This document shows, one piece after another, positions 26,525-39,850 of a DNA stretch of 64,000 nt (position 1 is its first letter; every line of letters starts with the position of its first letter). Under the pieces are notes generated by a model. That model searched no databases. It was given only the letters and a program-made list of their open reading frames with translations, and was not told the origin of the DNA. Made by a program: the position numbers and the translations under genes. This DNA comes from Octopus sinensis (taxonomy: Eukaryota): assembly GCF_006345805.1 (NCBI RefSeq), contig NC_043008.1:3968001-4032000 (forward strand), written 5' to 3'.

Positions 26525-27779
26525 TTCCAATGAGTTAATATTTCTTTTAAAAACGTTTATTTCTAGTCTGTTGTCTCAGCTTTTTGTTAAACAAAGTGTC
26601 TTGCCATACTTAAAAGGTGGAAAACTCTGGCTTTAACATCCTGGGACCTCAATCAAGACTTATTTCTTAGTTTTTCTCCTTCATCTTGGAAATCTCTCAG
26701 ATTTCACATTTGCTAGTCAGCACAAACCCCTGCAAACCTTAAGAGGAAATGTCTCTTTTCTTTTTAATCGTTGTTTTGCCTCTGAGCTTTCTTGTGAGTA
26801 AGAGTGCAATGCATTGATTTCAACTGAAGCCGCCTTTGTTGTCATTAGGTTCCTGTATGGCCCTATGTTATCCTTGGCCGACCATACCTATGATTAGAGA
26901 TGTTCCAGTCATGACCAGACCATCAATTTTCAAAACAGTATAATTAGGTTTATGTTACTCAATATCCTTTTTTTTTTCTCTGTTTAGCCTGATCGAGCAG
27001 CCCAAAATTCAAATGCTTTCCAGAAAATCTTTTATTTATCTTTTTTTTCTCTCAAGCAAATTATATCAAACATTACATTGTCCAATGTATCAATTTTCTT
27101 TTAAGAGAGTAGGTTGTACTTTTAGAGACTTCTTTTTTTTTTGTAGTAGGTTCTGCTGCTGTCTAATAACTCTATGAAAAGTAGGCATGGTACCTCTGCT
27201 ATATCAACCAGGCAATCTGGAACAACTCAAACTGAACTATGGCCCATAATCCTGCAACACTTAAGTTCAGCCATTGTATGCTTTTGATGACTATTGTAAA
27301 TATCAAATTCTTATGAAGACACAAGACAAATTTTTGAAGTTAATCAATTGAGAATTTATATTTTCCTGGATTTGCAGAAGTGAATGTCAAAGCTGACTCT
27401 CGTGGGATTTGAACTTGGCTAAAATTTAATATTGAAACATATTTAGTTTCTACTAGAACTCTCTCATTCACATGGGATTTGAAAATTGGAAGATGATTAA
27501 AATTTGATATTTTTACTTCTATATTCTACTTTCTCGGAGACCTACACAACACTGAAGATTGTATGATTTGGTATGAAAGAGACTTAGCTACTCTTTTGGT
27601 TGGTCAAACAGTCAGGTAAAGACTTCCTTGTTGGATTCGTCAGATAAAGTAGTCCAAGATGCACTATTTAGAGAAACAAAAATTATACAGTCATAGCTTG
27701 ATTGCTTTTCATCATAGGTTTGTTCAATTAGGGCTGACCTGGGGTTAAACAATAGCAATACTAAACAGGATAAATATTG

Positions 27780-27990
27780 GATTTCAAATTTTGACAGAAG
27801 GCCAGCAGTCTGAGGGTAGCGGGTATGTTGGATTACATTGACCCCTAATTGGTACTTATTTTATTGACCCCAAAAGGATGAATGGCAAAGTCACCCTGAG
27901 CTGAATTTAAACTCAGAACATAAAACCAGACCAGATACCACTTAGCATTTTGCCCAGCATGCTTATAATTCCGCCAGCTTGCCACCTTGG
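27780..27990 (-). mobile_element. SINE family A copy
   Basis: ggtacttattttattgaccccaaaaggatgaa...ctcagaac...gccagcttgccacc. Confidence 0.78.
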
Positions 27991-28267
27991 GATAAATACT
28001 GGAGAGTAGAAAGAAATCAATGAACCATCAACTTATTCTAAATTAATGATAAGATAAGAGACATGAGTCTGAGTTAATGTTTTGGTGTTAAATGTGTCTG
28101 CCATTCAGCAGAGGGAATGGTTTTTAAGAAGAAAACTATTTTGGTTTCTAAGCAGTATGATGACATTTTGTTACGAAATCTCTGTGGAAAACAGTAAATG
28201 CCTATATCCAGGCTTGTTCTTCTCCGGCCTGGTCATGCTTTCTCCACCTCATACCTCCAACAGTCAA

Positions 28268-28665
28268 AGGGACAAAGCTCCTACATGGTCAGCTCAACTT
28301 GCTAAACTCGGTTATGAAATATCCCTCAAATCACACCCTACCATCATTAGAAAGCAAATGTAAGGGACACATTGGCCAATGTAATACTAGATATTTTAAA
28401 AAAGGCAAGTTGGTCATGGTCAGAATGCTTTTGATTAGAGGTCTGTTGAATTGATGCTGATCAGACACTAAACAGCCATCAGCCAACATAGAGAACCTTT
28501 ATATGGTAGTTTGACTTGCTAGAAATAGCAGCGAAATCTTTAAATCACACTCTAATGTCTTACAAACTGTAAAGCACACACTTGTTAATGTGGTCCTAGA
28601 TAGACTGTGCCTCAAAAATTAAGATAGTCCTTGCTTCAGTGCTTTTCATTATAGTCCACACAACT
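28268..28665 (+). mobile_element. Two tandem copies of ancient family F
   Basis: Repeated ttgctagaaatagcagc..aaatcacac motif set. Confidence 0.62.
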
Positions 28666-28903
28666 CTCACAACAAAATGTTATATTTTCCTTTTATTTCT
28701 TATTTTCTATTAGCCATTCTTGACCAAGGCTAGGCTGGTGCAGGAGGTTTTATCTGGCACAACTGACTACGAAACAGAATAAATTTAAATTAAGGATGCA
28801 GGTTTTTTAGAGATAAATATATTTTCCGATTACTTAAGCAACAGTTCATCTCCATATCTCACTTTAATTTCAATATACTTTGTGTCACATTAAAAAAACA
28901 CAC

Positions 28904-29095
28904 CTATCTATCTATCTATCTACCCATCTATCTATCTATTCATCTATCTACCAATCTATCTACCCATCTATCTATCTATCTGTCTGTCTGTTTGTCTGTC
29001 TGTCTATCTATCTATATATCTACCTATCTACCTATCTATCTATCTACCTATCTATGTATCTATCTACGTGTCTGTCTATCTATCTGTCTATCTGC
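28904..29095. repeat. (TCTA)n microsatellite
   Basis: Visible directly. Confidence 0.95.
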
Positions 29096-30351
29096 TTTCT
29101 TTCTTTCTCCCCCCTCTTCTCTTTCACTACAACCACCAGTTTCTACCTATGTATGTTATGCATGTGTTTGTTATTTATAATTCTCTTTGGACATATAAAC
29201 TGTATTTTCTATATTTTATAAAAGTGTTTGCTTTTGCTCTTGATAAAGAATTTATATCAATCATTCCCTTGTTTCCATCCTTTGATGTCACTCTCTGCTT
29301 GATGCATATTGCTGAGCGGATAGTGAATATCCTTTTATGTTAAATTTTATAATGTCAAATAATTTTTTAACTCCAACTATTTGTTTGCTTACCCATTTCC
29401 TTTGTTATTTTTTTTCTTTTTGTTTTTCCCCTCACAATACTAACCAATTTATGCAAAATTGTGTGATTATGTAGTTCACTTTACAACCCACAGTGCTGCA
29501 CTGTGCTGTTGCCTCAAGAGAGGTAGACAGAGTGAGAACATTTGAATTAATATGCTGGATTGAAGTTTAGTGAGTTTGTTAATGTAAACAGAATACAGTG
29601 AATGGGAAATAGTGAAATAAACTTATTCTGAGAGTTTTAAAAAAACCTACAAGCAATTGTGTAAGACAGCTGGACATATGAAAATGGACAGTTTATAATA
29701 ATAGTTAGTATTAAATAGGGTTAAAGTTTAAATGGCCAACAGATGCAATGTGTCTGAATAAACTACATTAATAATTCAATGCAAATATCTAACTATAATC
29801 ATTAAGGAAATAAAATAATGGAATAAGGTAATAGAAAAATAATGGATACATAATTATACCAATGTAGGTGTATACTGAAAAGGTTGCAAGACGCAACGAA
29901 AAGCTTAGGAAAATAAAAATAAGGAATAAGTGGAAATTTTACCAGTGCGTGTGTTAAATTATAATGCACAAAAAGAAAATAACTCTCCCCAGACACAACA
30001 GAAACTGTATATTCATTCCCTCATTAATCTACACAGATAGAATAAAAATAGTCAGAACTTGTGTATTTATGCATTATAAATATATAGATCACTAAAAATG
30101 TGCCAATGCTCATACATACATAAAACACAATATAGAGAATAGTAGATATGCACTTACAAAAACATCTAAATAGGAATGTCTGTTCATATGTACCCATGGT
30201 GGTTGTCTACTCCTTAGGTAGAGTTTGACCACCTCCTCTAGCTACACCTTAGAACTATCTTGGCATCTGATGTGGCTTTTTAAACCAGACAAATGTTTTG
30301 AAAAGACACCCACATAGATTGCATATCCAATTTGGACCACACACATATATA

Positions 30352-31318
30352 CAGGTTGCGTAAAATATTTGAGGACAGACTTAAGTTTATAAAAAGAAAA
30401 ACAGATATATAATAACAGATAATAACTTTATCAAAAAATGCTATGAGGATAAAAATTAACCTTCTTTTCTATAATTGTTATTCAATAAAGCCACCTTCAG
30501 CTTCAACCACTGCTTCTATATGAGATCTAAATCATCTACATGCTCAAATCAAGTGGTCCTGCTTCACTTTGGACATTACTCGGACCTCAATGTAGGCAGC
30601 AGAACTCTAAGACCTTCTGGAAAGAAGTAAGGATGCATCAAATGTCCTTCATTGTTGACAACCCCTAAAACCATGACAGTTTCAGGAAACTTTGTATGCA
30701 TAACACCTGGAACTTCAGAAGGGTCTGCACATAACCATCTGTCATGTTAACTTTTTGATCTTGGTCAAAGTTTTTCTCATATGAGAAAGTTTTTTTCAAT
30801 TTGTTTAAGAACCTTTTAGATCTGATGTAGTGATTTTCTTTTGATTTTTCTGACAAATTGACCTTTCCTCATCATATAAGACTTATATCTGATGTCTTCA
30901 TGGACAACATTTCTGACTGTTCCTTCTAACACATGGAGATCTTTTGCAACTGACCTCATGGACTTTCTGGTATTGTAATCAATGGTCTGTTGAACTTGAT
31001 CGATAAATTCAGGTGTTCTGATGATTTCAGAGCATTTAGAATGCTTTTTATGCTTTGATACTGGTGACACGTTTCCATCTTCAGTCTCTAGCTTCTTACA
31101 AACTTTGTAGATGAAAGATCTGGCAACTTTTAAAAATCGAGATATTTCTAAATCGCTATGCTCAACCTTTATAACCACAATAACAGCATGTCTCTTCATT
31201 TCTTGAGTTAGCTGAGAGTCTGCCAGTATTATTTTCTGAAACAAAGGTTATACAGAGGTAGCAAAAATTGCAACAGTGACCCAAAAAAGGTATGTCTTCA
31301 AATACCTTACACACCCTG
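30352..31318 (-). mobile_element. Internally deleted Tc1/mariner element, maT/DD37D-like
   Basis: TA|caggttgcgtaaaatatttgaggaca and tgtcttcaaataccttacacaccctg|TA are inverted termini. ORF 30816-31244 (IRTPEFI...KSMRSVAKDLHV..GTVRNVVHEDIRYKSY) continues after a frameshift into FSYEKNFDQDQKVN (compare FSDEKxF). Confidence 0.88.
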
Positions 31319-31356
31319 TATATATGTATGTATCTATCTATATATATATATATATA

Positions 31357-31633
31357 TCATCATCATCATTTAGCGTCCGCTTTCCATGCTAGCATGGGTT
31401 GGACGGGTCAACTGGGGTCTGTGAAGCTGGAAGGCTTCGTCAGGCCCAGTCAGATCTGGCAGTGCTTCTACGGCTGGATGCCCTTCCTAACGCCAACCAC
31501 TCCGCGAGTGTAGTGGGTGTTTTTTACGTGCCACCTGCACAGGTGCCAGACAGAGCTGGCAAACGGCCACAAACGGACGGTGCTTTTACGTGTCATCGGC
31601 ATGGGGCCAGGTGAGGCTGGCAACGGACACGAA
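31357..31633 (-). mobile_element. RTE-LINE 3' end (family C), CpG-rich and young
   Basis: catcatcatttagcgtccgctttccatgctagcatggg... Confidence 0.88.
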
Positions 31634-31640
31634 ATATATA

Positions 31641-31848
31641 TTTAATCCAAACATGAAAACACAAAGAGAAAACACAACAACGCGAGGACGTGGAACAAAT
31701 ATAGTGTTATTGGACGCTTAGGAAAGGAAAGAAAGAAGGAGCATTTAACATTTTGAGCGGAGCTCTTCGTCAGAAACATAAGAAAAGGAAAGATCCAAGG
31801 AAGGGAAGACGGAGGAAAAAAATCGCAAACAATACACAAGCGGTCACA
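31641..31848 (-). mobile_element. Short Penelope-type element end carrying a hammerhead motif
   Basis: Pyrimidine-rich minus strand containing CTGACGAAGAGCTCCGCTC; a related tail fragment is at about 21035-21121. Confidence 0.6.
31743..31779 (-). ncRNA. Minimal type-I hammerhead ribozyme, canonical C3-G8 core, decayed
   Basis: gttt CUGACGA A GAGC ucc GCUC aAAA uGU U aaau; two CpG-type changes from GAAACGUU. Confidence 0.6.
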
Positions 31849-32246
31849 TTTATATATACACACACACACATATATTAGTGCATAAAATGTGTATTCACAT
31901 GATACACTGAAATAAAAATCATTTTTTACATGATGTAGGCTGTAAAACAGCCGTCATCCTTCAGGTAGCAACAGGTGAAATAAATATATTCATCTCTCAC
32001 ACCTGACTCTCTTTATATTCTCTATACTCCTCATGAAATAATTTCACTGATTGGATCTACTGGATTTCAGCTGCAGAGGACTCTACATTACATTTCTCCA
32101 AATTAGATTACTCTGTGGTATGTAGCCAGGTCCAGTAGAGGAGGTTTTTTGTGGTTACCACAGGATTTTATAAATCCATATATTTCACATTAAATTTACA
32201 TGTATATGTATGTGTGTTAATATGAAACCTTTATATGTATATAGTG

Positions 32247-32582
32247 AAGGCACATGGCTCAGTGGTTAGAGCATTGAGCTTACGATTGTGAGGTTGTGAG
32301 TTCGATTCCTGGACTGAGCTGCATGTTGTGTTCTTGAGCAAGACACTTTATTTCACGTTGCTCCAGTTAATTCAGCTGTAGAAAATGAGTTGCAACATTA
32401 CTGGTGCCAAGCTGTATCGGCCCCTTTGCCTTTCCCATGGATAACATCAGGGGTGTGGAGAAGGGAGGCTGGTATGCATGGGCGACTGCTGGCCTTCCAC
32501 AAACAACCTTGCCTGGACTTGTGCCTCGGAAGGTAACTTTCTAGGTGCACTCCCATGGTCATTCATGACCGAAGGGGGTCTT
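32247..32582 (+). mobile_element. tRNA-derived SINE family D
   Basis: A box tggctcagtgg and B box gttcgattcc; a second copy is at 55428-55757. Confidence 0.88.
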
Positions 32583-32636
32583 CTCCTCATATGTATATAT
32601 GTGTATTATCCATGTGTGTATATGTGTGTGTGTGTT

Positions 32637-32687
<51 letters not shown>

Positions 32688-33041
32688 GGATGTATGTATG
32701 TACATATACATATGTTTGTGTATGAGTATCTACATGTGTATGGATATACATGTATATATGTGTATATATAAAATATGCATACATAGGTTATGTATATGTA
32801 TGTATATATATGTGTGAATATATATATGTATGTCTGTATGTATATATGTGTGTGTATCCATGTATGTATATATGTATGTGTGTATATAATGTGAGTTGTG
32901 GTTTCAGATGTACAGTTGCATGTCATAAGATATAACTTGAAAGGTTAATGACCTGAAGGGCATCTGGACATAAAGCTCTGTCTCAGAAAATCTCTCGAGT
33001 CATTGCAGTATGGAAAATCAAATGGAAAATTGATGATATAA

Positions 33042-33073
<32 letters not shown>

Positions 33074-33479
33074 ATAAATTCATTCAATGTTTTAAAAGTA
33101 TTACTTTAAAATATTACTTAAATAACAGAATCTCATGAGGAAAGTTACTAGATTGACCTTGCTTGTCTGAAGTTTAAAACATTCGGAATATTCCTATGAG
33201 AGCCAGGAATGAAATGAAAAACATGAGCTTGAAGCAGACACATTTGCACTTGTCCCTTACAAGGTTTTTTTAATAAAAAAAAAAAAAGGAGATCATAGAG
33301 ATAAGTGTTTTCTTCCTAACATTCGTATAAAATTTCAAAAATATATTCAGATGGCAAGGATTCCCAAAGGAAAACAGACTTGAATTACTGGTTGAATGAC
33401 CAGAAATATGAACCTCATGGTGCTGTTACTTGGAGCCTTTCAATTATATTGTATTAACCAATACTCTACACTTCAGTGT

Positions 33480-33480
<1 letters not shown>

Positions 33481-33516
<36 letters not shown>

Positions 33517-33735
33517 TTGGAGGCATGCACTTTAGCAGCACATTACTGCATCAACTATTTATTGGTGGGTGGATGATGCTTCTGCACCACTCAGGTGAAA
33601 ACCCTCCAGCCCATGGGTCTATTTGTGTAGTCGTTGCTGGTAAGGGTGTTATGAGGTCAGTGTGGAAGTCCTCACATACTGGGCCCCACACATCCTGTTA
33701 TGTATTGACTTCTCCAATTTATCCCTTCTGGTAAA
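33481..33735 (-). mobile_element. Probable LINE 3' end with (CTA)n tail
   Basis: An (AGT)n tract abuts a GC-richer segment whose minus strand reads ...RPMGWRVF... Confidence 0.35.
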
Positions 33736-33779
33736 TCAACAGATATGCACACACGTACACACACACACACACATATATA

Positions 33780-33997
33780 TGAGGGGGGTGCTAAAAAATT
33801 CCTGGCTTTAAGGGCATCGTGAAAGATCTGGTTGGAGGCCCAACTGTCTGAGTTATTCTACAGGGCTTAGGAAAACTGAAGGACTGCTGCAATAAGTGTG
33901 TGAATCTGAGAGAGAAATATATTGAACGAAATCATAATTAACTGATCCTCCTGTGTTTTCTTTTACCCACAGCCAGAACCTTTTTAGCACTCCCTCG
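33780..33997 (+). mobile_element. mariner-derived MITE
   Basis: TIRs gaggggggtgctaaaaaattcctggct / agccagaacctttttagcactccctc. The internal GLGKLKDCCNKCVNLR is a remnant of a mariner C-terminus. Flanked by TA-rich sequence. Confidence 0.8.
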
Positions 33998-35275
33998 AAT
34001 ATATACGATGGGCTTCCACATAGTTTTCATCTTCCAAATTTACTCACAAGACACTGATCAGCCTGGGGTTGTAGCAGAAGACACCCAGGTGTTGCACAGT
34101 GGGACTGAACCAGAAACCACGTGGCTGCAAAGCAAGATTCTTAACCACTGAAGCTCATATAGCATCGTGTGAACTTCTGAAAGAAAGCAAATTTGGTGCT
34201 GATATTCTCTTTACTTTTCACACTCATCAGTTATACATACTTTCTCTATCAAGAAAGCTACTGTTTTGGTTAACCTCCAATAACCCCCTAATCTAGGAGG
34301 CCTATGATCAAAGGCGTTCCAGCTATTACCATTCCATTTATATTTTGCTAAATACAGTGTGTCTAGGATGGCATTATCAAATGTATACTTCTTTATATAA
34401 AACCCTTTAGATACCAACCTGCTTCAGACTGCTGTTGTGATAACGAAAGTTCCAGATAGCATGCTTTAATCAATTTGAAAGACATATATCATGTGTAGCC
34501 ATGGCTGATGTGATACTGGAAGCAAGTGTAAGGGTCATTAATACTTTTAGAGATAAGCAGCTCTTTATCCACTACAACTGCCACTAGTTCTATATTAAAC
34601 CCGTTCACTTTAGTATTTATTTTTAAATTTCACCTTTCTGTTATAATTCAAAGTAAGAAAACTGTGTTATGTTCCAAACACCAGCTGAACGATGAAGTAA
34701 TTTTACTAAACCCCACCCTAATTTCTTGAGTATTTAAAAAATTAATTGAACCTGTAGACAGTGTATTACATTAGAATTATGGTCACAAAAGTATGAAGAC
34801 AATAATGGGATTTAAAGAAGATTTAACTGTTATTTCTAGCCAGTCAGTAACCACGTACAGCCATAGTTCTCATTCTCAGTCTTTTTTGATTTTTTGCTGC
34901 TCTGGATATTAAGTAAAAAAATTACTCACCCATTTCATATGGAAAGCAAAAAAAATTACTGAAACTCTTCACATGGAAAGTGAAAACAAAAACTGTTGAA
35001 ATTTGTTTTTAAATATCAAAGTTTTTTTGGTTTATGAATCATACAAGTGTAAAATAAAATTATGAATAACGTTTTTCAAAGCAATAAAGCATTCGTACAG
35101 ATTTTTTTTGAAAAACTGTAAGTTATATTTTTTTTAAATCCATGGTGCACTCTACAGCACATCATTTGCAAGCCACATGGTTTCGACTATCCCTGGGTGG
35201 CTCATCTATGAAGAAACTATTCTATGCATGTCTAAATATCAAGGGTAAATTATTTTATATCTTTCTATTGTTATT

Positions 35276-35333
<58 letters not shown>

Positions 35334-35506
35334 ATTATTTTCTCATTTGAACCATAAATAATTACATTGCTAAATCAATAATTCTCTTAAAACAATACAT
35401 TCTTTATGATATAATATTCATGTTTTTAAAGCATTTATAATGAGCAGCATAATCAGCAACATATCGTGTCTATTTCTTTGCTGGCTTAGGTTAACTCGGT
35501 CTCATA

Positions 35507-36397
35507 CGAGCTGGTATCAAGAAGTTCTCACACTAGTCATGTTTAATGAAAAATAACTCACTTGCCTAAGTTTTAACAGCATCTCTTTTGAAATAGTCAT
35601 CTTGTACAGCAATACATTGGTTCCGGTGTTTCTGCCACTTTTGGAATCTGGCCTGGAAATTGTTTTGTGTAAGCAAGTCCTGGACCTTCTGCGATTCCTC
35701 TTGATCTTGACAACGGTGTTAAAATGGTAACCTTTGAGCTGCATTTTCATCTTGGTGAGGAGATGGAAGTCCACAGGTGCTGAATATGGTGAATAAGGTG
35801 ATACCATGTTGTTTCTGGTGAGAAACTAATGAGTGAGGAGAGCTTGGTGACAGGATGCATCGTTCTCATGAAGAATTCAGTACTCCACCCTCCACAGACC
35901 TGGTCACTTTCGCCAAATGTCCTCCTTCAAGTGCTTCAAAGCCTTGTTGATTGTCCTCCAGCGATCTTCATGCACAAGCTGATAACTTTTCTCCTCAATT
36001 CTGGCAGTGGTACTTGTGGTAGGCCTTCCAGATCACTCACCATTTTCCAGGGATGTTCTTCTGCATTTGTAGCACCCGTGCCACTCAAAACATTGTGTAC
36101 AACCCATTGCCTCGTCATTGTAAGCTTGCCAAAGTATGCTCAATGTCTCTGTAGCAGACTTTCCAAGTTTAATGCTAGATTTCACATTAGCTCTTTATTC
36201 CTGTCCACATGACAAGATTGCAGACTACAGCATACACGTAATCACAAAAACGCAAATTTCACTGCTTGCAAAGCAAACACAGTGATCTTGCTCGACACAC
36301 TCTGCCTCATGAAGGTCACTGCTAGCTCTCTCAGCATGCATGGAATCTGTTGGCACACTACAGAACTCGTCCAGGAATGTTTTTGATACCACCTTAT
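35507..36397 (-). mobile_element. Internally deleted mariner (DD34D-type) relic
   Basis: Inverted ends cgagctggtatcaagaagttc / gaatgtttttgataccaccttat; PYSPYSAPVDFHLLTKMKMQLKG (compare YSPDLAP.DF.LF); HTH region KLGKSATETL...CFEWH...SGRP. Confidence 0.88.
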
Positions 36398-37244
36398 TAA
36401 GTCTCAACATGGTCTGAGTACCTTTTTTTTTCATTGTGCCATGATAAAATATTTTTTAAGAACTAAGCCAATGTGTACCCAGAATGTAAACTAAATAATA
36501 TTCAAGCTTCCATTGACAGCCTCTACGTGGTTGCTTGGCCTGCCAAAGATAACAGCCAAATGCCTCTCAAATCACACTGTATCTGATGAGATGGATGATG
36601 CAATGTACTCTGTAGCCCTAGATATGCAAAATCAAGACTTAAGCACATGTGCAATCGCTTTCATTACAGATTAACTCAATAAGGGTTGACTTGGGGCTAA
36701 ATCACAATAGCAGCGACTTTTATAAAAATTTCTAAATTTCAATATTTTTTATTGTTGTTGTTGTTATTAAGGTGGTATGTTGGCAGAATCATTAGCACAC
36801 TGGACAAAATGTTTATCAATTTTTCTTCTAGCTTTTCATTCTGAGTTCAAATGCTGCTCTGGTTCACTTTTCCTTTCATCCTTTTTCGGTCAATAAAATT
36901 AGTACCATTAGGACAGTAGGGGGCAGGGTCAATGAAACTGACTAGCTCTCTTCCACAAAAGTTTCAGGCATTACGCCTATAGTTGAAAGAATTATTATTG
37001 TTATTATTATTGCTGTTAGATCAAAATTTCTGTTTTGATTAATAAAATTTGTTTCTTTTCTTTTTATATTTACCAGTGTTTGTAATATCAGAAGTTCTAA
37101 GATTAAATCTGATAGCTTAATAAAAAAAACAATTGTTAGGAAAATTAGATGCTTCCGTTACTTACCTGAAATATTTCCTTAAATATTTTTAGCACCACAT
37201 TTCAACATTTAATTCTACCATGTACTCATTGCTATAGATAGGTA

Positions 37245-37285
37245 TACTGATGGATGGATAGATGTATGGATTGATAGATGAATAA

Positions 37286-37321
<36 letters not shown>

Positions 37322-37352
37322 GTAAATGGATAGATAGATAGATAGGTAAATG

Positions 37353-37393
<41 letters not shown>

Positions 37394-37396
37394 ATG

Positions 37397-37465
<69 letters not shown>

Positions 37466-37524
37466 ATCAGAAACAAACAGGTGAGATATATAGATAAATA
37501 GATTGATAGGTAAATAGGTAAATG

Positions 37525-37561
<37 letters not shown>

Positions 37562-37588
37562 ATGGATAGATAGATAGATAGATAAATG

Positions 37589-37641
<53 letters not shown>

Positions 37642-37700
37642 GTAAATGGATAGTTAAATAGATAGATAAATGGATAGAAAGATAGATAGACAGATAGATG
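37245..37700. repeat. (GATA)n microsatellite array
   Basis: Visible directly. Confidence 0.97.
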
Positions 37701-38509
37701 TGTGCATGTGTGTACACATATATATTTTAGTATGTGTGTATTCATAATAGAAATTCAAAGTTATAAGATAATTGTAGGCAATTATGTAGCTGACATAACT
37801 GTTCCATATATTAAATTTCCCAATACTGCATTTTATAAGTTGGATGAATTCTACTGTACAATCATTTTATCAACGTTAAACCCCCTTCGCACATTCTAAT
37901 CTTGGCAAAGGAATAGTTTTATGACAAAGAAAACTATCAGCAAAAATATTTAAAAGCTTTAAATAATTTCCAGCCATAAAATATATCATTTTTGAAGCAA
38001 AATATGAATATCTTTGTTCCATTACACAGGAAGTTATTATCAACATTAAATTTGAAGAAATTTTTCTAATCCTAACAATGGTTTTAACTTTATCTCCAGA
38101 AATACAACACTTTATTCAATCACATCTATAATAAAAATAGTTTACTCAATTGCATGAGTAAAGACATATATTATATTATATTGTTATATCTTGGGTCATA
38201 AGATTTTCCTTGTATTTCAAATTAAATTCTGGAAATTTCTTGTTATTTCTTTCCAAATAATTGTCATTTTCTGAAGCTTAAATAAATATTTTGGAAAATA
38301 TAACAAAAATTGATTAAACATATCAAACTAGATTTAAGGGGAAATACATAGTTGTATTTAGTTGAAATTCTTCTGTCCTCAGTTCAAAACTCTGTTGTCA
38401 GAGTCAACTTTGCCCGGTTTTTTTTTCTAGATACCACAAAAAAAAAATATATATATATATCAGGCACCAAAAATTCAGTTTTCTGGGAATTTACTCTTCT
38501 ATATTTTTT

Positions 38510-38773
38510 TTTACCTATAATCGTTTTACTTGTTTCAGTCATTGGACAGTGACTATGATCAACTTTGAAGGGTTTGTGTCAAAAAACCCAACCCCCAATA
38601 GGCATTTAAAAAAAATCTAGTTCTTATTCTATCATTTTCTATTGCTGAAATGTTAAGTTACAGTTTTGCAAACAAACTAACATTGCTTGTCAAATGTTGG
38701 GGTGACAAAAACACACACACACACACACAGTCTCTCTCTCTCTCTCTCTCTTTCTCTTTCTCTCTCTCTCTTT

Positions 38774-38809
<36 letters not shown>

Positions 38810-39003
38810 CACACACACATGCACACACACAAATATCTACACGCATACACATAATGGGCTTCCACATAGTTTCCAGCTACCAAATCTCCTCAGAAAGCAC
38901 TGATTGGCCTGGGGCTATACAAGAGGACACTTGCCAGGTTGTGGAACTGAACCTGAAGCAGCTTGGTTACAAAGCCAGCTTAACTATGCAGCCATGCCTG
39001 CAC
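38510..39003 (-). mobile_element. SINE family B copy with expanded internal (CT)n/(CA)n
   Basis: ttttacttgtttcagtcattgg ... cagccatgcctgc. Confidence 0.75.
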
Positions 39004-39059
39004 TTATATGAGAAGTTTTTTTTCTTTATGGTGTTGTTTCTATAAAAATCCACTTTGCC

Positions 39060-39287
39060 AATGTGTTTAAATTCATCTTAAAATAATCAAGGATGTTGAG
39101 ACCTTTGGTAAAATACCTAAATTTATCATAATCAAACTGGTGTTTAGAGCATAACGTTTGGTCCTCACATAAAATTTCAGTGGAAGCTTTAATTAAAACA
39201 TAACCACAATTTGAAACGAAAGGTTTTCTTCCATTGTATCATAGAGCTGGAAATGGTTTCAGATAAATTGGCTATCAAAAGGGTTAA
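39060..39287. mobile_element. TTAA-ended MITE family H
   Basis: Ends tatcaaaagggttaa; homologs at 34399-34795, 45187-45410, 46230-46413 and 61900-62146. Confidence 0.6.
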
Positions 39288-39569
39288 CACTTAATTCTAG
39301 CTGGTGTTCTTGTGGCAGACATTTGATTAAATCAGTTTTAGCTGTGAACATCAAGTCTTTTTGGATATTTTGGGTTACCTAATCTAATTCTTTTATAAGA
39401 CACAACAATAGGATTTGAAAGAGATAAGGCTGCTATCTCTAGCAGATCTAGCATCCACATTAAGGTTCCTGTTACAGCTTTATCTCTAGTGTGCTCATGT
39501 CTTTTGTTAGGTGTTTCATTGTTTCATTAAGACATTCACTTTGTAACTATAGCTTAGAGTTCAATCCTA

Positions 39570-39850
39570 CTGTACAGCACCTAGTCTTCTACTACAGCCC
39601 AGGGCCAACCATTGCCTTGTGAGTACATTTTGTAAATGGAAACTATGTGGAAATCCATTGTGTGTGTGTGTCTTTGTCCCCTCCACCACTTGATAATTGT
39701 TGTTGGTTTGTTTACACCCCTGTAATTTAGCAGTTTTATAAAAGAGACCAATAGAATGAGTACTAGGGTCCATTTGTTTGACTAACTCTGAACAGAGGGG
39801 CTCCAGCATGGCTGTAGTTCAATAATTGAGACAAGTAATAGAGTAATAGA
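39570..39850 (+). mobile_element. SINE family B copy, 5'-truncated
   Basis: cttctactacagcccagggccaacc...ctccagcatggctgtagt. Confidence 0.78.

Noticed and set aside
32254-32315. tRNA gene-like A/B boxes
   Set aside because: No acceptor stem or cloverleaf; the sequence continues into a SINE body repeated at 55428.
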